From contig JBHLRQ010000025.1 of assembly GCA_048882385.1 (NCBI GenBank), positions 1-35,518 on the forward strand: DNA of 35,518 bases, read 5' to 3'. Shown here piece by piece: positions 10,490 through 20,107 of this stretch. Each line of letters opens with the position of its first letter. Position 1 is the first letter of the stretch. The translations under genes were made by a program, and so were the position numbers. The DNA is from Candidatus Thorarchaeota archaeon. GTDB taxonomy: Archaea; Asgardarchaeota; Thorarchaeia; Thorarchaeales; Thorarchaeaceae. The notes beneath the pieces were generated by a model. The model worked only from the letters and a program-made list of their open reading frames with translations. It did no database searches and had not been told where the DNA came from.

Positions 10490-10523
10490 GATATCTTTTT
10501 GTCACCATTAGAGTAGCCTAGAG

Positions 10524-11405
10524 TTGGTGTTCTGTGTGAAACTCCCCGTAATAGTGGTCCATGGTGGTGCGACTGTCTTTGATGAAAAGTACCACGATGA
10601 GATTCTCGTAGCAATAAAAACCGCTGCAGAGAGGGGGATGTGTGCTCTTGAGAATGGGGGATCCGCACTTGATGCTGTGGAAACCGCCATTTGGGTCCTC
10701 GAGGAAACTGAGCTCTTCACTGCTGGTAGGGGTGCAAGTAGAAACCTTGACGATGAGATTGAGCTTGACGCAGTCATTATGGATGGTGATCGACTAGAAA
10801 GTGGAGCTGTGATGGCTGTGAACGATATTGTCCATCCAATCTCACTAGCTCGATATGTCCTTGAAAGGACCTCTAATTCTCAAATTGTTGGTTCTGGTGC
10901 AAACCGCTTGTATAAACAGATGATTGCTGATGGGTATAGAGAAGAAACTCACGTTCATAGAACTGAGAGACCCCAGATTTCAAGAGAGTGTGACACTGTC
11001 GGAGCAGTTGCTGTTGATGAAACTGGTCGCATCGCTTCAGCATCTTCAACCAGTGGATGGCCTGGAAAGCTGCCTGGTCGAGTGGGCGATTCTCCGATTG
11101 TTGGCGCTGGAGTCTATGCCAACGATGTTGCAGGAGTAAGCTGCACAGGCAAGGGTGAGCAGATTCTTCGAATAACCATGGGTAGAATAGCTGTCTATCA
11201 TGTAGAACAGGGACTTTCAGTCCAAGAATCTGGTACTATTGTGATGTCTGAACTTCGTCAGAAGACTAGTGGTGAGGCTGGTCTTATTCTAGTTGACAAT
11301 CAAGGTGAAGTTGCAGTGCAGTTTGATACACCACACATGCCTGTTTCTATCTTTGCGAAAGGAATGGATGAGCCATATGTTGCCATGAAACCCTCTTGGC
11401 CTTAA
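10524..11405 (+). CDS. iaaA: Isoaspartyl peptidase / L-asparaginase (Ntn hydrolase, asparaginase 2 family)
   Basis: VHGGA, ALDAVETA..LE, ELDA, autocleavage site D|TVGAVA, STSG, GRVGDSP, TGKGE. The true start may be GTG 10536. Confidence 0.9.
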   Translation: MVFCVKLPVIVVHGGATVFDEKYHDEILVAIKTAAERGMCALENGGSALDAVETAIWVLEETELFTAGRGASRNLDDEIELDAVIMDGDRLESGAVMAVNDIVHPISLARYVLERTSNSQIVGSGANRLYKQMIADGYREETHVHRTERPQISRECDTVGAVAVDETGRIASASSTSGWPGKLPGRVGDSPIVGAGVYANDVAGVSCTGKGEQILRITMGRIAVYHVEQGLSVQESGTIVMSELRQKTSGEAGLILVDNQGEVAVQFDTPHMPVSIFAKGMDEPYVAMKPSWP

Positions 11406-12601
11406 CCGTCGATAAGCCGTTTCTCTCCCTTGATTTTTTTGATTTCTGTTATGTCCTGACTCACTTCAAGACACCCGAGATACTTTCCACTACTGTTTCG
11501 GACTGCAAAGTATCTGATGTGTATAGCTCTTCCTCTCAAGTTGATCCAAAACTCTGCTGAATCTCTTTTTCCAGCTCTAAAATCATCTAAGATTTCTTGG
11601 ACCCTATCTATACTGTCTTTGGGGTGACAGAGTTGAACACTTCTTCCAATAACTGCTCGAGATCGTACAAAGATGCGGTTTGGTGATTCACTAAAGAATC
11701 GAACTCTATCATGATCATCAACAAAGGTTGTATCTACTGGCAAATGATTAAACAGCAGTTCCAACTGTTCAAGTGTCAGAGTACCGCTGCCAAATGTGAC
11801 TTCACCACTTTCAGATACACCTACTGCTTTTTCTAAAACTTCTCTCTTCGGTTGTGGAGTGTAACTACAGTAGCCAATGTCATCAAAATCTTGGGCCACT
11901 ACATCCCAATCCCTTTCCGAAAAAATCCTCAGTGCTGCTGGGAACAAAATATTGTTCTCTTTGTAAAAATGGTCCGCCAATTTCTCAGATAATGCAGCTA
12001 CAGCATCATCCATTTTCATGATGTTCTTTATGAGTTTAGGATCCTTTTCTGAGTTCAGACTGAATATCTTTTTCTCCAGGGTGTGGATCTCTTGATGTTC
12101 TGACCACATTGCTGATGGAGGTCCAGTCAATCCGTGTTTTTCTAACACTGGAAAAACTGCGTTTTCTTCTCGTTGGTAATGTGATTCTGATTCTATGAAG
12201 AATTCAATGAGTTCTTGCACTCTAGCCAAAAAATCAGGTGTTGACTCCAATTCACCAGTGGATATTGAGTTGACGAGACTATTCAATTCATTGATAAATT
12301 CCATAAGCAACGTGTGCTCAGACATGAGAGTGTGGACAGGATGACCTGAAGTTTCAAGGGGTTTTTGATTCTGTACTTCAACTCTGAATAATGAGCTTTG
12401 AATCTTTTGCATTTGATTAAGATCCTTTTGTGGAACTCCTTCGTCGAGTAATTCTTTCTCAAAGTAGGAGAACTCAGCAGGTGTGACTACACCGAGAATT
12501 TCTGAAAATGATTTTGCAATTTCATCAAGATCATCTCTCGCCTGGATTTTCTTGATTATTTTCTTGAAATCATCCATCCTCTTAGTGATCATTAGATTCA
12601 C
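11402..12601 (-). CDS. DUF438 + hemerythrin-like + PAS domain protein
   Basis: GHPVHTLMSEH, HYQREEN..FP, MWSEH, HFYKENNILFP (hemerythrin-like); C-terminal PAS_10-type LPVDTTFVD...R..IGRSVQLCHP. Confidence 0.88.
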   Translation of the reverse strand: MNLMITKRMDDFKKIIKKIQARDDLDEIAKSFSEILGVVTPAEFSYFEKELLDEGVPQKDLNQMQKIQSSLFRVEVQNQKPLETSGHPVHTLMSEHTLLMEFINELNSLVNSISTGELESTPDFLARVQELIEFFIESESHYQREENAVFPVLEKHGLTGPPSAMWSEHQEIHTLEKKIFSLNSEKDPKLIKNIMKMDDAVAALSEKLADHFYKENNILFPAALRIFSERDWDVVAQDFDDIGYCSYTPQPKREVLEKAVGVSESGEVTFGSGTLTLEQLELLFNHLPVDTTFVDDHDRVRFFSESPNRIFVRSRAVIGRSVQLCHPKDSIDRVQEILDDFRAGKRDSAEFWINLRGRAIHIRYFAVRNSSGKYLGCLEVSQDITEIKKIKGEKRLIDG

Positions 12602-12613
12602 GACGAGGATATT

Positions 12614-13348
12614 TTACACAACTGCCTTGATATTTCCTTTTACCCCAATCTCGAATGTTCTCAATGGAATATTCAGACCAGTGTTGAGAATCGCTTGAGC
12701 GACCATTCTAGCGAGTCCATGACAACATGGCACCTCCATGTGAACTACTGAAACATCTGTAACATCATTAATTCTGAACATCTCAGTTAGTTTTATCAGA
12801 TTCTGTTGAGCGTCCTCAAACTTCGGACAGACTAGAATTGCTGTCTTATTCTTGAGAAAATCATCGTGTATCGAAGTATAGGCTAGAGCAGCACAGTCTG
12901 CAAGTATCAAAAGACTCGCGTTTTTGAGGGCTGGATGTTGTGTACTTAAGAGCTTGAGTTTGATAGGCCAGTGAGTCAAAGCAGATTCTTTGGGCTTCAA
13001 CACTGACTCAGGGAGCAGATGATCTGGTCCATCATGTTCTCCTTCGGAGTAGGTGAACGTTTCACTTCCTGAACAACACACATCTTGTTGTGCGAGCTTG
13101 GTTTTGCGAATGTTCTCTTTTGCAGCTTCTTCATCAAAGGGTAAGGTTTCTACCTCTCTCAGAGTCAAGGCTCCTTCTGGACACTCGCCCAAACAAGCGC
13201 CGAGTCCATCACAATATGTTTCTGATACAAGACGTGCTTTTCCATCGATGATCTGTAGTGCTCCTTCTGCGCATCCTGGGACGCAATTTCCACAGCCTGT
13301 GCAAAGATCTTCGTCGATATGAATCATCAACCTCTTGACAGTACTCAT
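12614..13348 (-). CDS. 4Fe-4S dicluster (ferredoxin-like) domain protein
   Basis: CTGCGNCVPGC and CDGLGACLGECP, plus the C-terminal motifs WPIKL, ADC, CPK and MEVPCC typical of the family found next to hcp/DUF438 genes. Confidence 0.88.
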   Translation of the reverse strand: MSTVKRLMIHIDEDLCTGCGNCVPGCAEGALQIIDGKARLVSETYCDGLGACLGECPEGALTLREVETLPFDEEAAKENIRKTKLAQQDVCCSGSETFTYSEGEHDGPDHLLPESVLKPKESALTHWPIKLKLLSTQHPALKNASLLILADCAALAYTSIHDDFLKNKTAILVCPKFEDAQQNLIKLTEMFRINDVTDVSVVHMEVPCCHGLARMVAQAILNTGLNIPLRTFEIGVKGNIKAVV

Positions 13349-13412
13349 TCTACCAGACCTACTTCTTAATGATAGTTAATTCTTGAATAGTAGCTGCTTT
13401 TAAAAATATAGT

Positions 13413-13430
13413 AGTTACCAAATGGTAAGT
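13413..13430. promoter_or_regulatory. Putative HxlR operator in the divergent promoter
   Basis: AGTTACCA-AA-TGGTAAGT palindrome directly after an AT-rich TATA-like stretch (13398-13410) and before the HxlR start. Confidence 0.5.
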
Positions 13431-13434
13431 GTTG

Positions 13435-13833
13435 ATGATGACAAGCCGATCGAAAGAAGCAGTTGAGATGTGCCCTGTATTTGCCGCATCTAGGATCTTG
13501 GGAAAGCGATGGTCGATCCTAATCATACAGGTCTTGTTGAGACCTGAAGCATCAATTGGATTGAGATTCCATGAGCTTCAAAAAGAGTTAAGCTGGGTGA
13601 GTCCGAAGATTTTGACCCAACGACTACGTGAACTACAAGAAAACGAAATACTCACTCGAACGGTTGACGCAAGTAACATTCCTCCTGCTGTTTGGTACAC
13701 ATTGACAGAGAAAGGAAAGGATCTTCAATCCACACTCGAAGCGATGCAGACGTGGGGTCAAAAACATGGTGGACACGTTGTAGCTGTATGTGAACGGAAA
13801 GGATTCGCACACTGCCATGAGTGTCAACATTAA
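13435..13833 (+). CDS. HxlR/DUF24 family winged-helix transcriptional regulator
   Basis: CP...ILGKRW, RFHELQ, SPKILTQRLREL, PPAVWYTLTEKG; extra C-terminal C-x7-CHEC. Confidence 0.9.
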   Translation: MMTSRSKEAVEMCPVFAASRILGKRWSILIIQVLLRPEASIGLRFHELQKELSWVSPKILTQRLRELQENEILTRTVDASNIPPAVWYTLTEKGKDLQSTLEAMQTWGQKHGGHVVAVCERKGFAHCHECQH

Positions 13834-13886
13834 CAAAATGAGATATTAGAGACGGTTCCTGATTCGTTGACGACACAAACAATTCA

Positions 13887-14891
13887 ATGAATCAGGAGTT
13901 ATCCCTTTTGAAACACAAGATCAAATTCGGTGCTAGACTGAGTCGTGTTATTTCAACTGTTGCACCAGACAGTGAAAACATCAATATCACTCCATATGAG
14001 CAGATTCAATGGCCTGTGGTACGAGACGTAGCACAGGAATGTGAGCGTCTTGGTTTTGATTCTATAATCGTTCCTGATCATCCAATGGATGATGTTTCTC
14101 GATATGCCTGTATGTCTATGTTGGCTGCTCTTGCAGCCTCAACTGAGAAAGTGACCATTGGTACTTTGACTGTGAATACAATGCGATATCTACCCAATCC
14201 CTCTCTGTTTATCAAAGAGGTTGCCACTCTAGATGATATTTCAAACGGGCGTCTGTATCCATTTGGCATGGGGCTTGGATGGACACCGCACGAGTACAAA
14301 GCATTTGGATTTCCCTTTCCGAAACATAAGGTTCGACTGGCTCAATTGATAGAAACAATTGAAATGATGAAATTGATGTTTACTGAAGATTTGATCACGT
14401 ATGAGGGAGAGCATTTCCAGATTAGAGATGTAATTTGCGAACCAAAACCAGTCCAAAAACCATTTCCAATTGTTATTGGTGGTCGAGGAAACCGTACACT
14501 TGGCGTGGCTGCCAAATACGCTGATCATATTGATATCTACGGCGGCATGGATTTAGATGATCTACAGGAACGGCTCAGTTACATAGAGGAAACATGCTCT
14601 GAAATTGGTAGAAACTACAAAGAAATCGTGAAGTCTTGGGGTTGCTGGTTCTGGATCTATGAAAATGAAAAAGAACGAGATCGATATGCTCCAGAAATCA
14701 AGCGGCTGTCTGAATATCCGGAAGATAAGTTCCAGGCAATTATCATTATGGGAACACCAGAAGAGATTGTTGAGAAGTTTGAATCCCTCATAAATCTCGG
14801 AATCACATATTTCACTTTACGATTTGAAGATCTTCCAAGTATGCGCGGACTGAATCTCTTCGCAGAACATGTAATGTCCGAATTCAAGTGA
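13887..14891 (+). CDS. LLM-class flavin/F420-dependent oxidoreductase
   Basis: GFDSIIVPDH, ATLDDISNGR...GMGLGW...EY.AFG, YEGEHF, PKPVQKP.PIVIGG, GTPEE. Confidence 0.9.
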   Translation: MNQELSLLKHKIKFGARLSRVISTVAPDSENINITPYEQIQWPVVRDVAQECERLGFDSIIVPDHPMDDVSRYACMSMLAALAASTEKVTIGTLTVNTMRYLPNPSLFIKEVATLDDISNGRLYPFGMGLGWTPHEYKAFGFPFPKHKVRLAQLIETIEMMKLMFTEDLITYEGEHFQIRDVICEPKPVQKPFPIVIGGRGNRTLGVAAKYADHIDIYGGMDLDDLQERLSYIEETCSEIGRNYKEIVKSWGCWFWIYENEKERDRYAPEIKRLSEYPEDKFQAIIIMGTPEEIVEKFESLINLGITYFTLRFEDLPSMRGLNLFAEHVMSEFK

Positions 14892-14894
14892 GTT

Positions 14895-15374
14895 CTATTG
14901 ATTGCGGGAGTCCTCGATTATCTTTGCAAGTTCCTGCTCAATTGTTGGAGTCATTTTGGCTCTGGTCTTGATTCGTCCGATCTCTTTTCCTTCTTTATCA
15001 AATACTATAATCGTAGGGCTGCTTGTGACCTGAAATATTTCTACCTCGATAGGTGATGGTGGAACGTCCCAGAGCTTGTCTGAACCATAAGGTGGTTTCT
15101 TCATTCCTCCTAAACAAGGAATAGTCACTCCAATCTCTTCCTCCAACAATGCTAAGACTGGGATTGCTCTTCGTGCGTCGCCACACCAATCTGCAAAGAG
15201 AGCAACAAAGCTGTAGCCTTCCTCAATGAAAGCTTTTAGCTTCTCTATAGCTTCTTGATTGAGACTATAGTCATCACGCTGTCGAATGAATCCACCTTTA
15301 TAGGCTGGTGGCAAAGATTCAATTGCATCTTTGGAAGATGGAGCCTCTTGTCTAACATCGTTCCGGGTTGGCAT
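14895..15374 (-). CDS. Thioredoxin-like protein with a single active-site Cys (WCGDA)
   Basis: FADWCGDARRAIP, cis-Pro loop VTSSPT, KEGKEIGRI. Confidence 0.8.
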   Translation of the reverse strand: MPTRNDVRQEAPSSKDAIESLPPAYKGGFIRQRDDYSLNQEAIEKLKAFIEEGYSFVALFADWCGDARRAIPVLALLEEEIGVTIPCLGGMKKPPYGSDKLWDVPPSPIEVEIFQVTSSPTIIVFDKEGKEIGRIKTRAKMTPTIEQELAKIIEDSRNQ

Positions 15375-15413
15375 TTGCTTTTCTCTCCATGACTAGATTG
15401 CTGTTCTTTCCAA

Positions 15414-15911
15414 TTATTCTGTTTCACACACTATATCTGTTCCCTTCTCTCCTTTTTTGGATTGAAGGGGAGATTTCTGTATAAGCTTCACGAGCTGTTT
15501 CAGATCTGTGCTGTGATCCGATTCCTCTTCTCTCATATGCTCCAGAAGTAATCTTGCAATTGGGTCAGAAATCTTACCCAACGCCTTCTCCAGTAAGCTA
15601 ATCATTCTATCTTCTTCCAGAGCTAGAGAATTCAATTCTCGTTCAAGTTTGATTCGGCCTGCATAGCGAGCTACTTTGGCTGACCACTCGTCACATGGAG
15701 TTGTTGATAACAACTCTTTCATTCCTTCAAGGAACTTGATATGTTTCCATGTATCAAGTCTCAAATCTAAGAAGACAAGTCGTACTGCAGTTTCCTTTGA
15801 ATCTTCTTCAAGTTTGACGATTTTCTCCAATGTGTTCTGTTCTAGTTGGATCTGTTCATCTAACACTGCGATTATCTCTGCTTCAGTCCCACTCAAATAT
15901 TGCATCTCCAC
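15414..15911 (-). CDS. Ferritin-like / rubrerythrin-like four-helix bundle protein
   Basis: Duplicated helix-pair pattern with E...D-x-x-x-H (DTWKH) and E...EExxH (EESDH). Confidence 0.7.
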   Translation of the reverse strand: MEMQYLSGTEAEIIAVLDEQIQLEQNTLEKIVKLEEDSKETAVRLVFLDLRLDTWKHIKFLEGMKELLSTTPCDEWSAKVARYAGRIKLERELNSLALEEDRMISLLEKALGKISDPIARLLLEHMREEESDHSTDLKQLVKLIQKSPLQSKKGEKGTDIVCETE

Positions 15912-16033
15912 ATTCGACAGTTATTAATAATCCATCAATAGTTGTTAATAATAAATTAACAATAGTTACTTATTGTTTGTGCATATAAGATTATCTCTCT
16001 GGTGTTTCTTATTAGAAGTTGCTGGTGGCGGTT

Positions 16034-17038
16034 CTATTCTATGTGTAAAGCTCGTCTGTAATCTGGATGGTCGAACTCTACTTCCTGTTCACGATCATTA
16101 CCCAAGAACTGATTCATCATCAGGGCGGCATAGTTTCCAGTCCCTACAGCCATAGCCACTTGTTGAGTTATAGGTCTTACATCTCCAGCCGCCCAAACAC
16201 CTTCGATATTGGTCTTTCCACGGTGGTCTGTGAGTATGTTTCCTTTTTTATCAACTTCAACACCAATCTGCTGAGCCAGCTCTGATCTGACAACATCAAC
16301 ATATGATACAAAGAAAACGTTCGCTTTTAGCTTTCGTCCATCTTCAAGCGTGACAGATTGTATAGCTCCAGGTCTCGGAAAATCTATCTTTTTGATTTTT
16401 CCGGATGTCCATTCATAAGATGATTCATCCAATTTTGAAAAATCATTCTTTTCAAATGGTACATAGGCGTCTTCAGTCATGAGAATTCGAATCTTCTTTG
16501 TGAATCGAGTCAGGGAATTCGCTACATGGATAGCACTCCCAGCAGTTCCAGCATTAACTATGAGCACATCTTTGTCTTTACATAGTGGCGCTTCGCAATC
16601 GGGACAGTAGAATGCTCCGTTTCCAACGTTAGCCACCGGTAGCCAGCTTCTCCATTGCCCGTCTACTTTGGGATGTTTTCGAGATGTGCCTGTAGCAATG
16701 AGAAGTGTTTTCGCATGATATTCACTCTCATCTTTAGTTCGATAACTTGGAGCTGTACGAACCGTAAATTTCGGATATCTTCCCGATATCTCCACAACAT
16801 CAGCGGCTTTGAATTCTGCTCCTGCAGCCCGCGCTTCTCCTTGGATGTTTCTCAAGAGACTTCTTCCTTCATGATACACAGAACCTGAATAATTGAGGAT
16901 TGAGTTGGTATGGAAATGCATGGGACTTGTTCCTCGATCCAGAACAAGCACGTCTCTCTCATGATATGCCAAGTGTAACGCCGCTGAGACACCCGCTGGT
17001 CCTCCACCAATGATTATCGCATCATGAATCTTAACCAT
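16034..17038 (-). CDS. Thioredoxin reductase-like FAD-dependent disulfide reductase
   Basis: GGGPAG (FAD), IATG, redox CPDC, TNIEGVWAAGDV; the nicotinamide-binding motif is degenerate. Confidence 0.85.
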   Translation of the reverse strand: MVKIHDAIIIGGGPAGVSAALHLAYHERDVLVLDRGTSPMHFHTNSILNYSGSVYHEGRSLLRNIQGEARAAGAEFKAADVVEISGRYPKFTVRTAPSYRTKDESEYHAKTLLIATGTSRKHPKVDGQWRSWLPVANVGNGAFYCPDCEAPLCKDKDVLIVNAGTAGSAIHVANSLTRFTKKIRILMTEDAYVPFEKNDFSKLDESSYEWTSGKIKKIDFPRPGAIQSVTLEDGRKLKANVFFVSYVDVVRSELAQQIGVEVDKKGNILTDHRGKTNIEGVWAAGDVRPITQQVAMAVGTGNYAALMMNQFLGNDREQEVEFDHPDYRRALHIE

Positions 17039-17328
17039 AATTAAGAAAACTCCTTGTAATTTGGTTTCTTCACACCGTTAAGAACTATGTGTAATGTGCA
17101 TAACTGAAATGAAAGCAAGAAGATGCAAATAGAGACTCCAAAGTTAAATTAACAGTTAATCTTCTTGGCTCGATTGTGTTTAATTTTGAAAATTTATCAG
17201 ATTTCTTATTATCATTTTGTAACCTAACGTGTTGTAAACAACGATAGAAATTTACAAATGAAAATCAAAAACAAGTTCATAGTTACAATACGAAATACTA
17301 ATATGTGCCTCTTGCTCCTGTCACAACT

Positions 17329-17448
17329 GCCAGGTGTGGAACCCCCAAGCTCTAATCGGGGACAAACGGGATACTTCCAACCGGAGAATACATTGTCGAT
17401 GCTCTGTTGTCCTCTCTCATCATGCTTTGCAGCTATGGCACACCTGGC
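17329..17448 (-). ncRNA. Candidate 120-nt structured RNA, possibly a C/D-box guide
   Basis: Perfect 10-bp terminal stem, GCAA tetraloop hairpin, AUGAUGA box, and two further stems whose G-U pairs favour the minus strand. Confidence 0.35.
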
Positions 17449-17467
17449 GATTTGATTCTTGGCTTAG

Positions 17468-18661
17468 TCAGAAGAATGACGCTGCAGTTTCACTGACAGT
17501 TTTTGGTCCTTTCATTTTCGCAGTCTTCTTCGGTGAGAGCACCTCTATCAATTTGTAATCCCGAGTTCCCATTCCAAGTTTCTCACCATACTGAACCATG
17601 AGATATGGATCTTTCAATGGACCATTGACTCTTTGAAATGGATGCAAATTCGGGTCATCGTGCAATCTCACAAATGGTGGGACCATACTCTCAATCAAAC
17701 CCTCCTTGGCAATGAGGTCGAGACTGGCTTGTTCGATAGCTATAATGTCTCTACTTCCAAGGACTCCTATGTCATTTACTATATGCGGTAGACCCATACC
17801 CCAGCAATCACACCATGGTGTGATATCAATCAGGAAATTGAGATAGAACCGCTTGTTCTCATCGAAGGTCTTCATGATCTCATTTGCACCGATTGCCATC
17901 AACTCCTGGAAGAGCGCAAAGTTCTCTTGCTTAATTTCAATACAACCAACTCCTTCGTCTGCTTTGATACAATCCATGCATTGTGTACACATACCGAATG
18001 CGACTGTAAGTTTGTGTTTTTCCTCATCATATTTAATGCAGTCTTCTTTACATGCTTTCACAAGTTTCTTGGCATGTTCAGGAGTACACTTCTCGGCATC
18101 CCAGTATGGTAATGACTGTTCGACTCCGTGAATCTTATTCCATCGAGAGGGTCCATGATAGCCACCTAGGGCAATGTTCTTGATGGCTCCACCAAATCCA
18201 CATGAGTTGTGTCCTTTCACATGAGTGAGGTCAATGAGAACATCCGCATCGTTGAGTACTCCACCAATCTTTAGTGTGTCAACATTGTGAAAGTTCACGT
18301 TAAAGTCGTAGGTGTATCCATCCTTCACACCAGCAACAGGGATTATTGGACATCCACAGGTTTCCTGCGTATATCCCCTTTCCACTGCATTGTATACCGC
18401 TGTAGGATTGTCAGTGATGAAGGGGTATCCTCCAACCTCCTTAACAGCCTTCACAATCCTCCTTACAAAGAAGACAGGAATCGTTTGATATCCATCATTG
18501 AAACCAAGGTGCATTTTGATTGCGACCTTGTCTTTCTTCTCAATTGTTTTCAAATCTAACTTTTTCAATACTTCATCCACTTTGGCTCCGAAAGCAGCCC
18601 ATCGTGCTGTATTGCCTAGAATGACGGATCCAAAATAGACTTTCGAGGGTTCTGAGCTCAT
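17468..18661 (-). CDS. DUF362 domain Fe-S protein
   Basis: KVAIKMHLG, THVKGH...FGGAIKNIALG, CTQCMDC, ITPWCDC, DIGVLGSRDIIAIEQASLD. Confidence 0.88.
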   Translation of the reverse strand: MSSEPSKVYFGSVILGNTARWAAFGAKVDEVLKKLDLKTIEKKDKVAIKMHLGFNDGYQTIPVFFVRRIVKAVKEVGGYPFITDNPTAVYNAVERGYTQETCGCPIIPVAGVKDGYTYDFNVNFHNVDTLKIGGVLNDADVLIDLTHVKGHNSCGFGGAIKNIALGGYHGPSRWNKIHGVEQSLPYWDAEKCTPEHAKKLVKACKEDCIKYDEEKHKLTVAFGMCTQCMDCIKADEGVGCIEIKQENFALFQELMAIGANEIMKTFDENKRFYLNFLIDITPWCDCWGMGLPHIVNDIGVLGSRDIIAIEQASLDLIAKEGLIESMVPPFVRLHDDPNLHPFQRVNGPLKDPYLMVQYGEKLGMGTRDYKLIEVLSPKKTAKMKGPKTVSETAASFF

Positions 18662-18921
18662 ACCTTAGTGACTCATTGTAGTCAGTTAAAATGGTTACTG
18701 ACCGAGTAAATTGCAGAGAAAGGGTGCTACAACCTTAATGAAAGACCCATTAGGGATGATGCTTAGTAATCGAAATGCGCACCCTTCCTCATGTCCCCGC
18801 AATCGAGAACCGACTTCTCCCGTGGGGACCCGCAAGATAGGATTAACTTTTGTTAATAAAAGGAGGATGAAAGGTGTTGTCTGTGTGGAAACTTTGACAC
18901 ACCATAGCGTACATCGGAACC

Positions 18922-19455
18922 CTATGTTGTCATTGAGAGACCGAATGGCTTACGAATCAGATTCCCAAGCCCGAGACCAACAAGGAAATAGTAACCATAA
19001 AAGCTCAGACCAAAACCTGCACCTGTAGGAGCGCCTATCATTCCTGTTAGAAATGGTAGCACGTCTTGGATGTTGAATGGAATCACTGCAACAATGCTGT
19101 TGCCATATATTGTGTTCATCAAACCAAAGACAAGAATGAGGGGGATATAGAATACACACATGGGTTTACATCTATCTGTCATCATCGAGCTTTGGATTCT
19201 CATGATTCGTCCTTGGTCTGCTTGAACCTGTTCGAGTAGAACAGGATCCAAGGTCTTCCTTGCTTCATTGAACTTCTCTCGCCATGCTTGGATATCTTCC
19301 ATATTCTGTTGCATCCTCTCCATATCTGTAAACCGTCTAGTTGCCCAGATTGACATCAAGGCAAGCCCAATCGCCACGAGTGTCACAAAGACTGTTGACA
19401 ATGGCATTACTGCAACAGGTGAGAAAAATGCTAAGATGTCGCTCCAAATATCCAT
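18922..19455 (-). CDS. DUF106 / EMC3-TMCO1-Get1 (Oxa1 superfamily) membrane protein
   Basis: TM1, cytoplasmic coiled coil (DMERMQQNMEDIQAWREKFNEARK), KPM before TM2, YGYYFL in TM3. ATG 19455 preferred over TTG 19482. Confidence 0.82.
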   Translation of the reverse strand: MDIWSDILAFFSPVAVMPLSTVFVTLVAIGLALMSIWATRRFTDMERMQQNMEDIQAWREKFNEARKTLDPVLLEQVQADQGRIMRIQSSMMTDRCKPMCVFYIPLILVFGLMNTIYGNSIVAVIPFNIQDVLPFLTGMIGAPTGAGFGLSFYGYYFLVGLGLGNLIRKPFGLSMTT

Positions 19456-20107
19456 GTAGCTTCGCCTAGGTTGCTGATTCAACCTGAGCTCATTTTAAGG
19501 ATTGTCTTTTACACATCTCGAATCATTAGTTATCCACAGAGCAATTTTATGATGTTCTAATTTCAAATTGCATCTCGCTCGTTTGCACAATTTTGAACGT
19601 AGGTCCCATCAACCCAACATTACTGAGTCCCATTTTGAATGGCGGCGTATACCCAACCCTGTAAATATATCATGTTGAAATTCTTCTATTGTTTCTACTT
19701 CTCATTGTCAAAAATAGCTGATTCGGTATGATACATACTGTCTCCTAAGGGGGTCCCATAGGCCCGGCTTTAATTTTGTACACGCTGTTCTTTTTCTATT
19801 GTACACGTTATAAATTTAGCAAATGATTTCGATGTCATCGTACTGTAAACGTTGAGATATTTCGCGCCAATCTATTATCATGGAAGCTATTTCAAAAGGA
19901 TGTCAGCTAATATGTATTATATTTAAGCAAATAGATGTTAATTTGTGCAATATTCAATTCTTAATTTTCAATTTTGTGCAATAAATGACAGCTTTCATTG
20001 AATAGTATATGGCGCGAAAAGCTTACGTTTACCCATAGAAACCCTATTCCTTTATATTTAGGTTAGCGTGTACTTCTTCTGTCTACCGCCGGGAGGGTAC
20101 GACGCAC

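Noticed and set aside
17329-17448. 5S rRNA (120 nt, terminal stem, 5' GCCAUAGC) or fluoride riboswitch (GCU..AGC followed by AUGAUGA)
   Set aside because: It lacks the 5S loop C CCGAAC and GAAGUUAAG signatures, and lacks the crcB GGnGAUG start and pseudoknot.
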